This document shows positions 37,432 through 47,343 of a DNA stretch of 64,000 nt, piece after piece. Under the pieces are notes generated by a model that did not search any database, was not told where the DNA came from, and was given only the letters and a program-made list of their open reading frames with translations. The first letter of the stretch is position 1; each line of letters begins with the position of its first letter. A program made the translations under genes and the position numbers. Source of the stretch: an uncultured Acidobacteriota bacterium (GTDB lineage: Bacteria; Acidobacteriota; Thermoanaerobaculia; Multivoradales; UBA5704); the NCBI GenBank assembly GCA_963700145.1, contig OY969474.1, forward strand, positions 1,280,001-1,344,000. The letters run 5' to 3'.

Positions 37432-38504
37432 TCCTCGGGGATCTTGGCGCCGAGGTAGGTGGCGGAGCTGATCCCCATGAGCGCGAGGAGCGTGGGGCTG
37501 AAGTCGGGCATCGCCAGCCGGTTGTAGACCGAGACGCAGAAGATGACGCCCGTCACCAGCGTCCAGCCGAGCATCTGGAGGCGGTAGACGCTCAGCCCCT
37601 GGGGGCCGTCCAGGAGGTCGCGCAGGAACCCCTGGGAGGCGGCGACCAGCGGTGCCGCGGGAGGCGGCGGCGCTGCGGGCGCCGCCGCGGCCGCGCCGCC
37701 CTTTTCCTGCTTCCCCTGCGCGATCATCGATGCGCCGAGCGCCGTCCCCGAGCCGATCCCGAGCAACCCCAGCACCGAGCCGGTGATCGTGTCCAGCTCC
37801 TCGGTCACCATCCAGATGAAGACGAAGGCGGCGAGCGCCAGGAAGCTCCAGAAGGCGAGCTGGAAGCGCGCCAGGCTGTAGGGAGCGAGCGCGCCGGCCG
37901 GCGGCACGACGTGCGGATCGCGCAAGAGGGCGGTGCGCCGCGCCAGCCAGACCGCCAGGGCGACCGCCGCGGCGAGCAGCGCGCAGAAGAGGAAGAAGGG
38001 CACCTCGGGCAGCAGCTCGAGGCGGAAGTCACGCACCTTCGTCGGCCACTGCTCGTCGCCCTCCGGGCCGACGCTCAGCGTCACCTGGCGCGTGAAGTCG
38101 TCGGGGCTGCCGAGCAGCGTGTGCCAGGCGGCGTCCGAGTCCTCGGTGCGGTCGAGGAGGAAGCGGACGCGACCGTCTTCGACGGTGCACGACTCGGGAG
38201 GGGTACCGGGGATCGGCACGCCGTCGATGAAGAGGATCAGCTCGGCGCAGCCGTTGGTCACGGCGGCGAGCCCCGCGCGCAGCCCCTCGACCTGCAGGGT
38301 GACGCGCTCGCCGAGGCCGGCCTGGAGCGGCCGGTCGGGGTGGGCGTGCGAGCGGACGCCGACGACGACGGGCGACTTCGCGGCCGGCGCGGCGTCGAGG
38401 TTGTCGGCGGTGTCCTTGATCACCTGCCCGAGCGCCGCCGGCGCGAGCGCCAGCGCCAGCGGCGCGAGTGCCAGCCAGCCCACGGTGGGCCTGCGGATGC
38501 GCAT
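37428..38504 (-). CDS. Hypothetical multi-pass membrane protein
   Basis: Signal-like N-terminus; YSLARFQLAFW, RLQMLGWT, LLALMGISSATYLGAK. Confidence 0.8.
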   Translation of the reverse strand: MRIRRPTVGWLALAPLALALAPAALGQVIKDTADNLDAAPAAKSPVVVGVRSHAHPDRPLQAGLGERVTLQVEGLRAGLAAVTNGCAELILFIDGVPIPGTPPESCTVEDGRVRFLLDRTEDSDAAWHTLLGSPDDFTRQVTLSVGPEGDEQWPTKVRDFRLELLPEVPFFLFCALLAAAVALAVWLARRTALLRDPHVVPPAGALAPYSLARFQLAFWSFLALAAFVFIWMVTEELDTITGSVLGLLGIGSGTALGASMIAQGKQEKGGAAAAAPAAPPPPAAPLVAASQGFLRDLLDGPQGLSVYRLQMLGWTLVTGVIFCVSVYNRLAMPDFSPTLLALMGISSATYLGAKIPEE

Positions 38505-38584
38505 CGTTCTCCTCCGGTTGCGAGCGCGGGGATTCTGGGAGCGCCGCCGGGCGAAGTCAAGGCGCTGCGCTACACTCGCGCGCC

Positions 38585-39943
38585 ATGCGCCGACAGCTCG
38601 GCTTCGCCCTTGCGCTCCCGCTCCTCGGTCTCGCGGTCGCGGCCTCGCCGGCGCCGCAGGCGCAGCCGGCCGCCGCCGGCGGCCGCACGCTCGCCCTCGT
38701 CGGCGGGCGGCTCATCGACGGCTACGGCGGCCGGCCGCTCGAGGACAGCGTCGTGCTCGTCGAGGGCGAGCGCATCGCGGCGGTCGGGCGCGTGGGCGAG
38801 CTGGCGGTGCCGGCCGGCGCGGAGGTCGTCTCGACCGAGGGGATGAGCGTCCTGCCCGGCCTCTGGGACATGCACGTCCACCTGATGATCGTCGGCCACG
38901 CCGACTACGACCACTGGGACAGGACCTACCCGCCGCTCTTCCGCTCGACGATCATGCCCGCGGCGGCGAAGCAGCTCCTCCTGGCCGGCGTCACCAGCGC
39001 CCGCGACCTCGGCGCGCCGCTGGAGGACTCGATCGCCGTGCGCGAGGCGATCCGCACGGGCGCGATCCCCGGCCCCACCCTCTACGTCTCCGGCCCCTTC
39101 ATCCAGCACCGCCCGTACCCCGGCACCGAGGCCTTCCGCTGGGGCGTGGACGGCGTGGCCGACGCCCGCGCCAAGGTACGGCGCCTGGCCGAGGCCGGCG
39201 TCGACCAGATCAAGCTGATCGACCAGGACCAGATGACGATGGACGAGGTGCAGGCGGTGGTCGACGAGGCGCACAAGCACGGCCTCCCGGTCGTCGCCCA
39301 CTCCCATCGCGCCGAAGAGATCCGCCGCGGCATCAAGGCCGGCGTCGACTGCTTCGAGCACACCGGCCTCGGCACCGCCCCCGAGTACCCGCCCGACGTC
39401 TTCGACCTGATGAAGGGACGCGCGAACACCCTCTACTGGACGCCGACGATCGGTCCGCTCCTCCTCTACGACTACACGCGCGACGGTTTCCGCGAGCGCA
39501 TCGACGACCCGCGCTGGCAGGTGGGACTGCCACCGGAGGTGGTGGAGGACATCCGCCGCTCGCTGGCGCCGGTCGATCAGCTTTCCTACTTCCAGTTCGT
39601 CGGCAAGCGCCGGCCCACCTTGGCGCGCAAGTTCGAGCAGCTCCGGCAGTCGGGGATCGTGCTGATGATCGGCACCGACAGCGGCGTGCCGCTCAACTTC
39701 CACAGCGACTCGACCTGGCGCGAGATCGACACCTGGGTCAACACCTTCGGCGTCGAGCCGATGGACGCCATCCGCGCCGCCACCTTCTGGCCGGCGGTGC
39801 ACATGAAGGTGGACAAGGACGTCGGCACGATCGCCGCCGGCAAGTACGCCGACGTCATCGCCGTCCGTGGCGATGTCCTCCGCCACGTCGCGCTGCTCGG
39901 CGACGTCGATCTCGTGATCAAGCACGGGGCCCGGTACAAGTAG
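38585..39943 (+). CDS. Secreted amidohydrolase family protein
   Basis: PGLWDMHVH, GVTSARDLG, IGTDSG, GKYADVIAV. Confidence 0.9.
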   Translation: MRRQLGFALALPLLGLAVAASPAPQAQPAAAGGRTLALVGGRLIDGYGGRPLEDSVVLVEGERIAAVGRVGELAVPAGAEVVSTEGMSVLPGLWDMHVHLMIVGHADYDHWDRTYPPLFRSTIMPAAAKQLLLAGVTSARDLGAPLEDSIAVREAIRTGAIPGPTLYVSGPFIQHRPYPGTEAFRWGVDGVADARAKVRRLAEAGVDQIKLIDQDQMTMDEVQAVVDEAHKHGLPVVAHSHRAEEIRRGIKAGVDCFEHTGLGTAPEYPPDVFDLMKGRANTLYWTPTIGPLLLYDYTRDGFRERIDDPRWQVGLPPEVVEDIRRSLAPVDQLSYFQFVGKRRPTLARKFEQLRQSGIVLMIGTDSGVPLNFHSDSTWREIDTWVNTFGVEPMDAIRAATFWPAVHMKVDKDVGTIAAGKYADVIAVRGDVLRHVALLGDVDLVIKHGARYK

Positions 39944-39954
39944 GGCGCGGACCG

Positions 39955-40719
39955 TCAGAACCGGGTGGCGGCCGGGCTGGCGGACAGGACGTAGAGGCCT
40001 TTCACCGCCGTCCATCCCACCAGCACCAAGAGCGGCGCGACCGCCCAGCGCAGGCCGCTGCCATAGGCGATCGGGAAGTGGTTGCTCACCATGAAGAAGA
40101 GGAGCGGCACGGAGAGGTAGGTGTTGTGCTTCGACCGCAGGTTCGCGAGGCGCACCGCATCCTCCGGCGGGGCCGTGCCGGCCCGGGCCGCGGCGACGAT
40201 CCGCCGCTGGCTCGGCAGGATCCGCTGCAGGACGTTGTTGAACATGATGGTGCCGAACAGCGCGCCGAGGTGAATGAAGAGCGCGCGGCCGGACATGACT
40301 TGGCCGAGTGCGAACGACGCGCCGGTCAAGAGGACGAACGAGGCGGCGACGCCGAGCCGCTCCCGGCTCGCCAGCGCTCGCCAGAGGAGGTCGTAGACGA
40401 TCCACGCGACCACCAGCGCCCCCACTCCCGCGCCGATCGCGAGGCGTTTCGACTGGTGGCTCTCGACGAGGGCGCCGCCGGCGTAATAGACGATGACGAG
40501 CAGCCCGACGCCCGTCGCGAAGGTCACGACGGCGCCCAAGCGGAACAGAGACAGCGCGCGCGGCATGAGCTCGGGGACCACCTTCTGCCGCGAGTCGGCG
40601 TCGTAGGTCTTGGCGACCTGGGCGTTGACGAAGCCGAAGAACCAGAGCAGGCCGACCCACAGCACACCCGCCACGACGTGCAGCCACCGGAACAGGAGAT
40701 GCAGGGCTTCGCTGATCAA
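39955..40719 (-). CDS. puuD: Urate hydroxylase PuuD-like membrane protein (no cytochrome c domain)
   Basis: RWLHVVAGVLWVG, GTIMFNNV, RSKHNTYLSVPLLFFMVSNHFP. Confidence 0.85.
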   Translation of the reverse strand: MISEALHLLFRWLHVVAGVLWVGLLWFFGFVNAQVAKTYDADSRQKVVPELMPRALSLFRLGAVVTFATGVGLLVIVYYAGGALVESHQSKRLAIGAGVGALVVAWIVYDLLWRALASRERLGVAASFVLLTGASFALGQVMSGRALFIHLGALFGTIMFNNVLQRILPSQRRIVAAARAGTAPPEDAVRLANLRSKHNTYLSVPLLFFMVSNHFPIAYGSGLRWAVAPLLVLVGWTAVKGLYVLSASPAATRF

Positions 40720-40788
40720 TCGTTGGCGCTCGCGGTGATCGCTTGGTTGTCCGCTTGGTTGGCGTTCGCGAGTCTAGAATAGCGGCCG

Positions 40789-41400
40789 ATGAACCGCGAC
40801 GACGCTCTCGAGGCGCTCGATCTCCTGCGCCGGGTCGTGCGCGAGACGCGCGACGACACCGTGCTGCAGAACTGGGGCCTGATCTGGATGCTGCACGCCT
40901 GCACCAACGCCGCGGGCTTCATCGCCACCGGCTGGCTGCTCGCGCACGGCGTCCGCACGCCGCCCGTTTTCGTGGCGCTGTGGAGCGCCGTCTGCGGCGG
41001 CAACCTGCTCACCGTGGCGCTGCTGCGCCGGCGGCGCACCGGGGCGCGGACCTTCGTCGAGACGCAGCTCTGGGCGATCTGGACGGTGTTCGTGGCCGCG
41101 GTGAGCGTCTGCGCCTTCGTCAACTACTTCATGGGTCTCGAGACGCTCTTCTTGGGGCCGGTGATCGCCGTGCTGGCCGCCGTCGCCTACGCCTCGATGG
41201 GGTCGCTCATGGGCCGGCACTGGTACGGCATCGGCGCGCTCTTCCTGGTGGGGGCGCTGGCGATGACCCTGGCGCCGAACGTCCAGTTCTACATCCTCGG
41301 CGCCCTCTGGGGCTCGACGATGTTCACCTTCGGCTGGCTTCTCCACCGCGCCCGCCGCCGGCGCGAGCGCAGCGCAGAGGTCCGGCCGCAGATCGTATGA
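40789..41400 (+). CDS. Hypothetical integral membrane protein
   Basis: About 6 hydrophobic segments, typical codon usage. Confidence 0.75.
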   Translation: MNRDDALEALDLLRRVVRETRDDTVLQNWGLIWMLHACTNAAGFIATGWLLAHGVRTPPVFVALWSAVCGGNLLTVALLRRRRTGARTFVETQLWAIWTVFVAAVSVCAFVNYFMGLETLFLGPVIAVLAAVAYASMGSLMGRHWYGIGALFLVGALAMTLAPNVQFYILGALWGSTMFTFGWLLHRARRRRERSAEVRPQIV

Positions 41401-42503
41401 GCGCGCCGGGGAGCGACGAGGCGCGAAAGCTTTCGCGCCGGGCTCCGGTCGATGCGAGGAGCGCTTTCCGTCGCGCGACCAGCGCGACGGGCTCCGAGCT
41501 CGCGGCGCTCGGGGCTCTCGCGGCAGCGCACGTCTCGCTTCCCCGGCAGGAGCTCGAGGAGCGGCTGCGCGGCGCGGGAGTAGACGGCGCCCGCGGCGTC
41601 GTCGACGCCGTCGTGACGCGCGGGTGGGCGCGCGGGCAAGGCAGTGCGCTGGCGCTGACCGCCGCCGGCGGCGCCGCGCTTCTCGACGCCTGGAGCAGCA
41701 TCGAAGGCGCCCTCGCCGTCAACCCCGCCGCCGCCGGCGCCGAGAGCTGCCCCTCGATCCCCTGGCTGACGCTCGTCGAGACCGAGTGGATCGAGGCCCT
41801 GTCGTTCAACTACCGCGTCGATCCGGAAGCCCTGCGCGCCCTCCTGCCACCGCCGCTCGCGCCCGAGGTCTTCAAGGCGCACGGCTGGGTGCAGGTGCTG
41901 ATCTCCTCGCTGCGGGAGATGCGCCCGCGCGGGCTGCCGGGGCCGGCGGGCGTCTCCTTCTACCAGGTCAGCTACCGCGCCGCCGTGCGCTACCGCGGCG
42001 GCGACGGGGCCTGGCGGCGCGGCGGCTACTTCACGCGCAGCGAGACCAACGACCCGATGATGCGCGCCATCGGCAACCGCCTCACCGAGTTCCGCTTCCA
42101 CGACTTCGGCGCCGCAGACATCTTGATGGTGCGCGACGGCGACTTCCTGACCCTCGGCGTCGACGCCGCGACGGCCGGCGGCAAGCTCGTCGGCGTCGTC
42201 GACACGCGGCCGCTGCCGGGGCCACCGCCGGGCTCGCTGTGGGCCTCGCTGGAGGAGCTGCACGAGCCGCTCGTCGAGTGCTTCGACGCCTACGGCGTGG
42301 ATCCGGCGGCAGGCTATCTCTACACGCTGCGCATCGAACGCGGCCCCTGGCGGCCGCGCTTCGTCGCGCCGCTCGACCTCTTTTGCGAGTACTTTGCGCC
42401 GGACGGCGCCTGGGGCGACCGCGCCACGCTCGACTCGGTGCTCCACATCCCGCGCTGCCCCTACCGCTGGCTGCCGCTCGCCCGCGAGCCGCTACCGGCC
42501 TAG
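41397..42503 (+). CDS. DUF2071-like protein with a possible N-terminal winged-helix segment
   Basis: ATGA coupling; LSFNYRVDPEALRALLP, FYQVSYR; N-terminal GWARGQGSALALTAAG. Confidence 0.65.
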   Translation: MSAPGSDEARKLSRRAPVDARSAFRRATSATGSELAALGALAAAHVSLPRQELEERLRGAGVDGARGVVDAVVTRGWARGQGSALALTAAGGAALLDAWSSIEGALAVNPAAAGAESCPSIPWLTLVETEWIEALSFNYRVDPEALRALLPPPLAPEVFKAHGWVQVLISSLREMRPRGLPGPAGVSFYQVSYRAAVRYRGGDGAWRRGGYFTRSETNDPMMRAIGNRLTEFRFHDFGAADILMVRDGDFLTLGVDAATAGGKLVGVVDTRPLPGPPPGSLWASLEELHEPLVECFDAYGVDPAAGYLYTLRIERGPWRPRFVAPLDLFCEYFAPDGAWGDRATLDSVLHIPRCPYRWLPLAREPLPA

Positions 42504-42533
42504 AATCGCCGCGACCGGCAAGGAGAGTCCCCG

Positions 42534-42872
42534 ATGAGCGACCTGGCGTCGAAGCAGTGCATCCCATGCCGCGGCGGCGTGCCGCCGCTCGAGGGGGCGG
42601 AGCTGGAGCGCCTGCTCGGCGAGCTTAACGGCGAGGGCGGCGGCTGGCGGGTGGTCGACGGCCACCACCTCGAGAAGGAGTACGCCTTCCCCGACTTCCG
42701 CCAGGCGCTCGCCTTCGTCAACCGCGTCGGCGAGCTGGCCGAGGAGCAAGGGCACCACCCCGACCTCTACCTCTCCTGGGGGAAGGCCCGCTTCACCACC
42801 TGGACGCACAAGATCGACGGCCTGACCGAGAGCGACTTCGTCCTCGCCGCCAAGGCCGACCGGCTGGCCTGA
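42534..42872 (+). CDS. phhB: Pterin-4-alpha-carbinolamine dehydratase
   Basis: CIPCRGG, AEEQGHHPDL, WTHKIDGLTESDFVLAAK. Confidence 0.92.
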   Translation: MSDLASKQCIPCRGGVPPLEGAELERLLGELNGEGGGWRVVDGHHLEKEYAFPDFRQALAFVNRVGELAEEQGHHPDLYLSWGKARFTTWTHKIDGLTESDFVLAAKADRLA

Positions 42873-42949
42873 TCCGCGATCGCCGATCCCCCCGCAGGTT
42901 GCTTTTGAGCAACTGATATGATGGTGCTCTTTACCTCTCGGGGGATTCG

Positions 42950-45900
42950 ATGTCGAGCAACCCGTGGTTCCGTGGTCTCGGAGTCGTGTTCTGCTTCCTC
43001 GCCTCGGCCGTACCCGCGGTGTCGGCCGCTCCGCCTGGAAAGCTGCCGGCCGTCAAGCGGAGTGGCCGAGCGGCCTACATCGTCCAGCTCGTCGAGCCGC
43101 CGCTCGCCCGCTATCGCGGCGGCGCCCCCGGCCTGCAGGCGACCAACCCGCACGCCCGCGGCGAGCGGAAGCTCGACAGCCGGAGCCCCGACAGCCGCCG
43201 CTACACGGCCTATCTGCTCGCCCGCCAGCAGCAGGCCCTCGCCGCCGTCGGCCAGACGCTCGGCCGCGAGGTGGCGGCCCTCCACCGCTATACCCAGAGC
43301 TTCAACGGCTTGGCCCTGGAGCTGACGGAAGCCGAGGTGCGGACGCTCGCGCGCCTGCCCGGCGTGGCGGGCGTGACGCCCAGCCGCGAGCTGCGTCCCC
43401 TGACCGACGCCGGCCCGTCGTGGATCGGCGCCCCCGGCATCTGGGACGGCACCGCCACCGGCGGGCTCCCCGGCACGAAAGGGGAAGGGATCCTCGTCGG
43501 GATGATCGACACCGGCATCAACCTCGACCATCCTTCGTTCGCCGACGTCGGCGGCGACGGCTACGACCACACCAACCCGCGCGGTGCCGGCAACTACGTC
43601 GGCTGGTGCGACCCCGCCAACCCGGCCTACGACCCCGCCCTCCCCTGCAACGACAAGCTGATCGGCGTCTGGAGCTACCCGGACAGCGGCAACGATCCCG
43701 AGGACGATTACGGGCACGGCTCCCACACGGCCGGCACCGTGGCCGGCAACCACACCACCCTGGACTACGCCGCCGGCATGCCGCGGGCCGTCTCGGGCGT
43801 CGCGCCGCACGCCAACTTGATCTCTTACGACGTGTGCGTCTTCAGCTGCCCCTACAGCGCGCTGCTGGCGGGGATCGACCAGGCCGTCGCGGACGGCGTC
43901 GACGTGATCAACTTCTCGATCGGCGGCTGGGTGTTCGAGGATCCCTGGGACGACGTGCTCGCCGCCGCCTTCCTGGGTGCGCGCGAGGCCGGCGTCTTCG
44001 TCGCCGCTTCGGCCGGCAACAGCGGCCCCTGGTCCTCCTCGATCGGCACGCCGGCGTTCGCCCCCTGGCTCCTCACCGTCGGCGCGGCGACGCACGGCCG
44101 GGCGCTGGTCAGCACCCTCGCCGGCATGGCCGGCGGCGACACGACGCCGCCTCCCGATCTCCGGGGCAAGGGCCTGACCGGCAGTTACGGGCCGGCGGCC
44201 ATCGTGCACGCCGAGGACTTCGGCGACGCCTACTGCTCTTCGGCCTTCGCGGCCGGGACTTTCAACGGCCAGATCGTCGTCTGCGACGCGTACTTCAGCG
44301 ATCCACAGTTCATGGGACAGAACGTTCTCGCCGGCGGCGCCGGTGGTCTGGTCGTCGCCAACCTCTACAGCTGGCTAGGCGTCTTCGAGAGCGGCAACGT
44401 CCTGCCGGCGGTCCAGATCGACTCCAGCAAGGCGGACCAGCTCCGCGCCTGGCTCGCCGGCGGCTCGGGGCACGCCGGCTCGATCACGGGAGCTACCTTC
44501 GTCTCCGACCCGGCGGTCGCCGACGTCCTCGCCTACTTCAGCTCGCGCGGCCCCAACCCGATCGTCGCCGACGTCATCAAGCCGGACCTCATCGGCCCCG
44601 GCGTCGACGTCCTCGCCGCCACGAAGGACCCGGGGCTCTCCGCGCGGCTCAGCGGCACCTCGATGTCGAGCCCGCACGCCGCGGGCGCGGCGGCGCTACT
44701 CATCGCGCTCCACCCGAGCTGGACGCCGGCCGAGGTGCAGTCGGCCCTCATGACGACGGCACAGACGAGCGGCCTCAAGAAGGAGGACGGCACGACTCCC
44801 GCGACCAGCCCCTTCGACGTCGGGGCGGGGCGCGTCGATCTCGGAGACGCGGCGCGCGCCGGGCTGGTGCTCGACGTGACCCCAGCCGCCTTCGCGGCGG
44901 CCGACCCGGAGCTGGGGGGTGATCCCGCGACCCTCAACCTGGCGAGCCTCGCCGAGAGATGTCTCCCGGCCGCGCCGTGCTCCTGGACCCGCACGGTGCG
45001 GAGCACGCTGGCGGCGCCGTCGGAGTGGACGGTCTCGCACTCGGTTCCGGCCGGGATGAGCGTCACTGTCGTCCCGAGCTCCTTCTCCCTCGCGCCGGGC
45101 GCCACCCAGGAGCTCCAGATCTCGGTCGCCAACGACGCCGGCCTCTCCGGCTGGCAGACCGGCAGCATCCACTTGAGCGAGAACGGGGGACTGGCGCCCG
45201 GGGCGCACCTGCCGCTCGCCGTCCGCTGGGTCGACTTCCACGAGCTCGCGGTCAGCAAGTCGGGGGCCGGCACCGGGCGGGTGACCAGCAATCCGCCGGG
45301 GATCGACTGCGGCGCCACTTGCTCGGCGCGGTTCGTGGAGGAGAGCTTCGTCACGCTGACCGCCACCGCCGATCCCGGCTCCGTCTTCCTCGGCTGGGGG
45401 GGCGACTGCTACGGCACGAGCACCTGCAGCCTGAGCATGTACTACGACCGTTTCGCCATCGCCTACTTCGACGTCCAGCCCCCGGACCTGCCGCTCAGCA
45501 ACCGGGTGCCGACGAGGGGCTCGATGAACAGCCCCACCTACAACGGTTCCTGGCGCTACTACTACGCCGATCTAGGCGCCGGCAACGGGGAGCTGGTGGT
45601 CGACCTCTTCGACATGACCGGCGATGTCGATCTCTACGTCCGGCACGGTCAGAAGCCGAGCTTCTATGAGTACCACTGCTCCGATTATTACTACGGCACT
45701 CCCAACCGCAGATGCGTCATCACCGGGCCCGCGGCCGGGCGCTGGTGGGTCGGGATCAACAACGGCGACGTGGGGCTCATCCAGTACTCCGTCCGCGCGA
45801 GCTGGGGGAACAGCGCCGACCGCGCGCTGCAGAACGGCGTGCCGGTCGACGACTACGTCTCCGGCTACCAGGCAGGCGACGCCTGGAAGTACTACTCTGC

Positions 45901-46513
45901 GGACCTCTCGCAGGGCGGGGAGGAGCTGCTGGTCGAGCTGAGGAACCTCTCGGCGGACGCCGACCTCTTCGTGCGTTACGGCGCCAAGCCGGACCGGTCG
46001 AACTACGACTGCATCTCGGCCGAGGCGTCGACGCTGCCCGAGGCCTGTTCCATCCCTGCGGCCGCAGCCGGGCGCTGGTGGGTCGGGGTGAACAACTTCT
46101 CCGCCGGCACCGTGACCTACACCGTCGAGGGGAATTGGGCGTCTCCGGCACCCACCGCCTTCTACACCGTCACACCTTGCCGCTTGGTCGATACCCGCAT
46201 CGGCGGTCCGGCGCTCGCCAACGGGGTGGCCCGCGCCTTCACCCTCACCGGCAACTGCGGCGTGCCGCCGACGGCCAAGGCGCTTTCGCTCAACGTCACG
46301 GTGGCGCAGTCGACGGGCGGCGGCTTCGTGGTTCTCTATCCGGGAGACTCTCCACCGCCGCCGACCAGCACGCTGAACTTCAAGGCCAGCCAGGTGCGAG
46401 CCAACAACGCGGTCCTGCGGCTCAGCGCGGAGGGCACCCTTGCCGCCCTGGCCAGCGTCGGCGCCGGGGGTCAGGTACACCTGATCCTGGACGTGAACGG
46501 CTACTTCGAGTAA
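42950..46513 (+). CDS. Secreted S8 subtilase (I9 prodomain, PA domain, Ig-like, InlB-B-like, 2 PPC domains, C-terminal domain)
   Basis: IDTGI, HGSHTAGT, SAGNSG, SGTSMSSPH; DVDLYVR/DADLFVR PPC repeats. Confidence 0.93.
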   Translation: MSSNPWFRGLGVVFCFLASAVPAVSAAPPGKLPAVKRSGRAAYIVQLVEPPLARYRGGAPGLQATNPHARGERKLDSRSPDSRRYTAYLLARQQQALAAVGQTLGREVAALHRYTQSFNGLALELTEAEVRTLARLPGVAGVTPSRELRPLTDAGPSWIGAPGIWDGTATGGLPGTKGEGILVGMIDTGINLDHPSFADVGGDGYDHTNPRGAGNYVGWCDPANPAYDPALPCNDKLIGVWSYPDSGNDPEDDYGHGSHTAGTVAGNHTTLDYAAGMPRAVSGVAPHANLISYDVCVFSCPYSALLAGIDQAVADGVDVINFSIGGWVFEDPWDDVLAAAFLGAREAGVFVAASAGNSGPWSSSIGTPAFAPWLLTVGAATHGRALVSTLAGMAGGDTTPPPDLRGKGLTGSYGPAAIVHAEDFGDAYCSSAFAAGTFNGQIVVCDAYFSDPQFMGQNVLAGGAGGLVVANLYSWLGVFESGNVLPAVQIDSSKADQLRAWLAGGSGHAGSITGATFVSDPAVADVLAYFSSRGPNPIVADVIKPDLIGPGVDVLAATKDPGLSARLSGTSMSSPHAAGAAALLIALHPSWTPAEVQSALMTTAQTSGLKKEDGTTPATSPFDVGAGRVDLGDAARAGLVLDVTPAAFAAADPELGGDPATLNLASLAERCLPAAPCSWTRTVRSTLAAPSEWTVSHSVPAGMSVTVVPSSFSLAPGATQELQISVANDAGLSGWQTGSIHLSENGGLAPGAHLPLAVRWVDFHELAVSKSGAGTGRVTSNPPGIDCGATCSARFVEESFVTLTATADPGSVFLGWGGDCYGTSTCSLSMYYDRFAIAYFDVQPPDLPLSNRVPTRGSMNSPTYNGSWRYYYADLGAGNGELVVDLFDMTGDVDLYVRHGQKPSFYEYHCSDYYYGTPNRRCVITGPAAGRWWVGINNGDVGLIQYSVRASWGNSADRALQNGVPVDDYVSGYQAGDAWKYYSADLSQGGEELLVELRNLSADADLFVRYGAKPDRSNYDCISAEASTLPEACSIPAAAAGRWWVGVNNFSAGTVTYTVEGNWASPAPTAFYTVTPCRLVDTRIGGPALANGVARAFTLTGNCGVPPTAKALSLNVTVAQSTGGGFVVLYPGDSPPPPTSTLNFKASQVRANNAVLRLSAEGTLAALASVGAGGQVHLILDVNGYFE

Positions 46514-46902
46514 GGGCGCGACGAAGCCGGCGACTCGCGCGCCGGCGGCGCTGCCGCCCCCTGTGCGAGGAAGGCCCGCAGCAGCCTCTGCTCGTCAGGC
46601 GCTTGGATGCGGGTGAAGAGTTGCTCGCCGAGATAGTGGATGGTCGCGGGCTCGTCGAAGGGGAGCTTCTCGTACATGCGACCGCCGGCGAAGTGGCAAG
46701 GGCCGCAGCGGGTCTCGAGGAGCGGCCGCACCTCGTTTTGGAAGTCGACCGCGCGAACGGGCGCGGTGTGTGCCGGGATGGCAAGGCTGCGCGGGGGCGT
46801 CGCCGTTCGAGCGTCCGCCAGCTCCGGCGCGCCGCGGGCGCAGGTCCCGACGCCAGCGAGCAGGACGGCCAGCGCGGCGAGCCCCGAGGCCGGGTGGATC
46901 AC
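46501..46902 (-). CDS. Small secreted protein with CxxCH (possible cytochrome c)
   Basis: Hydrophobic N-terminus; VDFQNEVRPLLETRCGPCH. Confidence 0.6.
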   Translation of the reverse strand: MIHPASGLAALAVLLAGVGTCARGAPELADARTATPPRSLAIPAHTAPVRAVDFQNEVRPLLETRCGPCHFAGGRMYEKLPFDEPATIHYLGEQLFTRIQAPDEQRLLRAFLAQGAAAPPARESPASSRPYSK

Positions 46903-46960
46903 GGCTCGATCCTACTCCTCTCCGCTCGGGGAACCTGATGCCGCGGCGGCAGGGCTGCGG

Positions 46961-47220
46961 AAGCTCCGGTACGGTGACGGGCGCTCCGGAGCCATCACAG
47001 GAGCTCCGTTACCGTAACGGAAGGTCCGTGATCGTAACGGAAGCGCCGTCGCCGTAACGGAAGCGCCGTTACCATAACGGAAGCGCCGTTACCGTACCGG
47101 GTGCTCCGTTACCGTACCGGGCGCTCCGTTATCGTGCCGGGCGCTCCATCTCCATAACCGGCGCTCCGTCACCGTAACGGCGCCTCCATCGGCGTAACGG
47201 CGCCTCCATCGGCGTAACGG
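46961..47220. repeat. Non-coding tandem array, 13 units of 20 bp, palindromic core CCGTTAC-C-GTAACGG
   Basis: Units such as gagctccgttaccgtaacgg, aagcgccgttaccataacgg, gcgctccgtcaccgtaacgg in strict 20-bp register. Confidence 0.9.
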
Positions 47221-47343
47221 GGCGCCCGTAGCCCAGATCGAGCGCTCGGAGCCTCCTCGGATCGCGGCTCGGCTAGCCGGCACCGACGCCGCGGCGTGCT
47301 ATGGTCGCGCCGGTCCAAGACGCCAGCTCTGGAGCTGTTCTCG

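Noticed and set aside
46961-47220. CRISPR array
   Set aside because: 20-bp period with no unique spacers and no cas genes in the window
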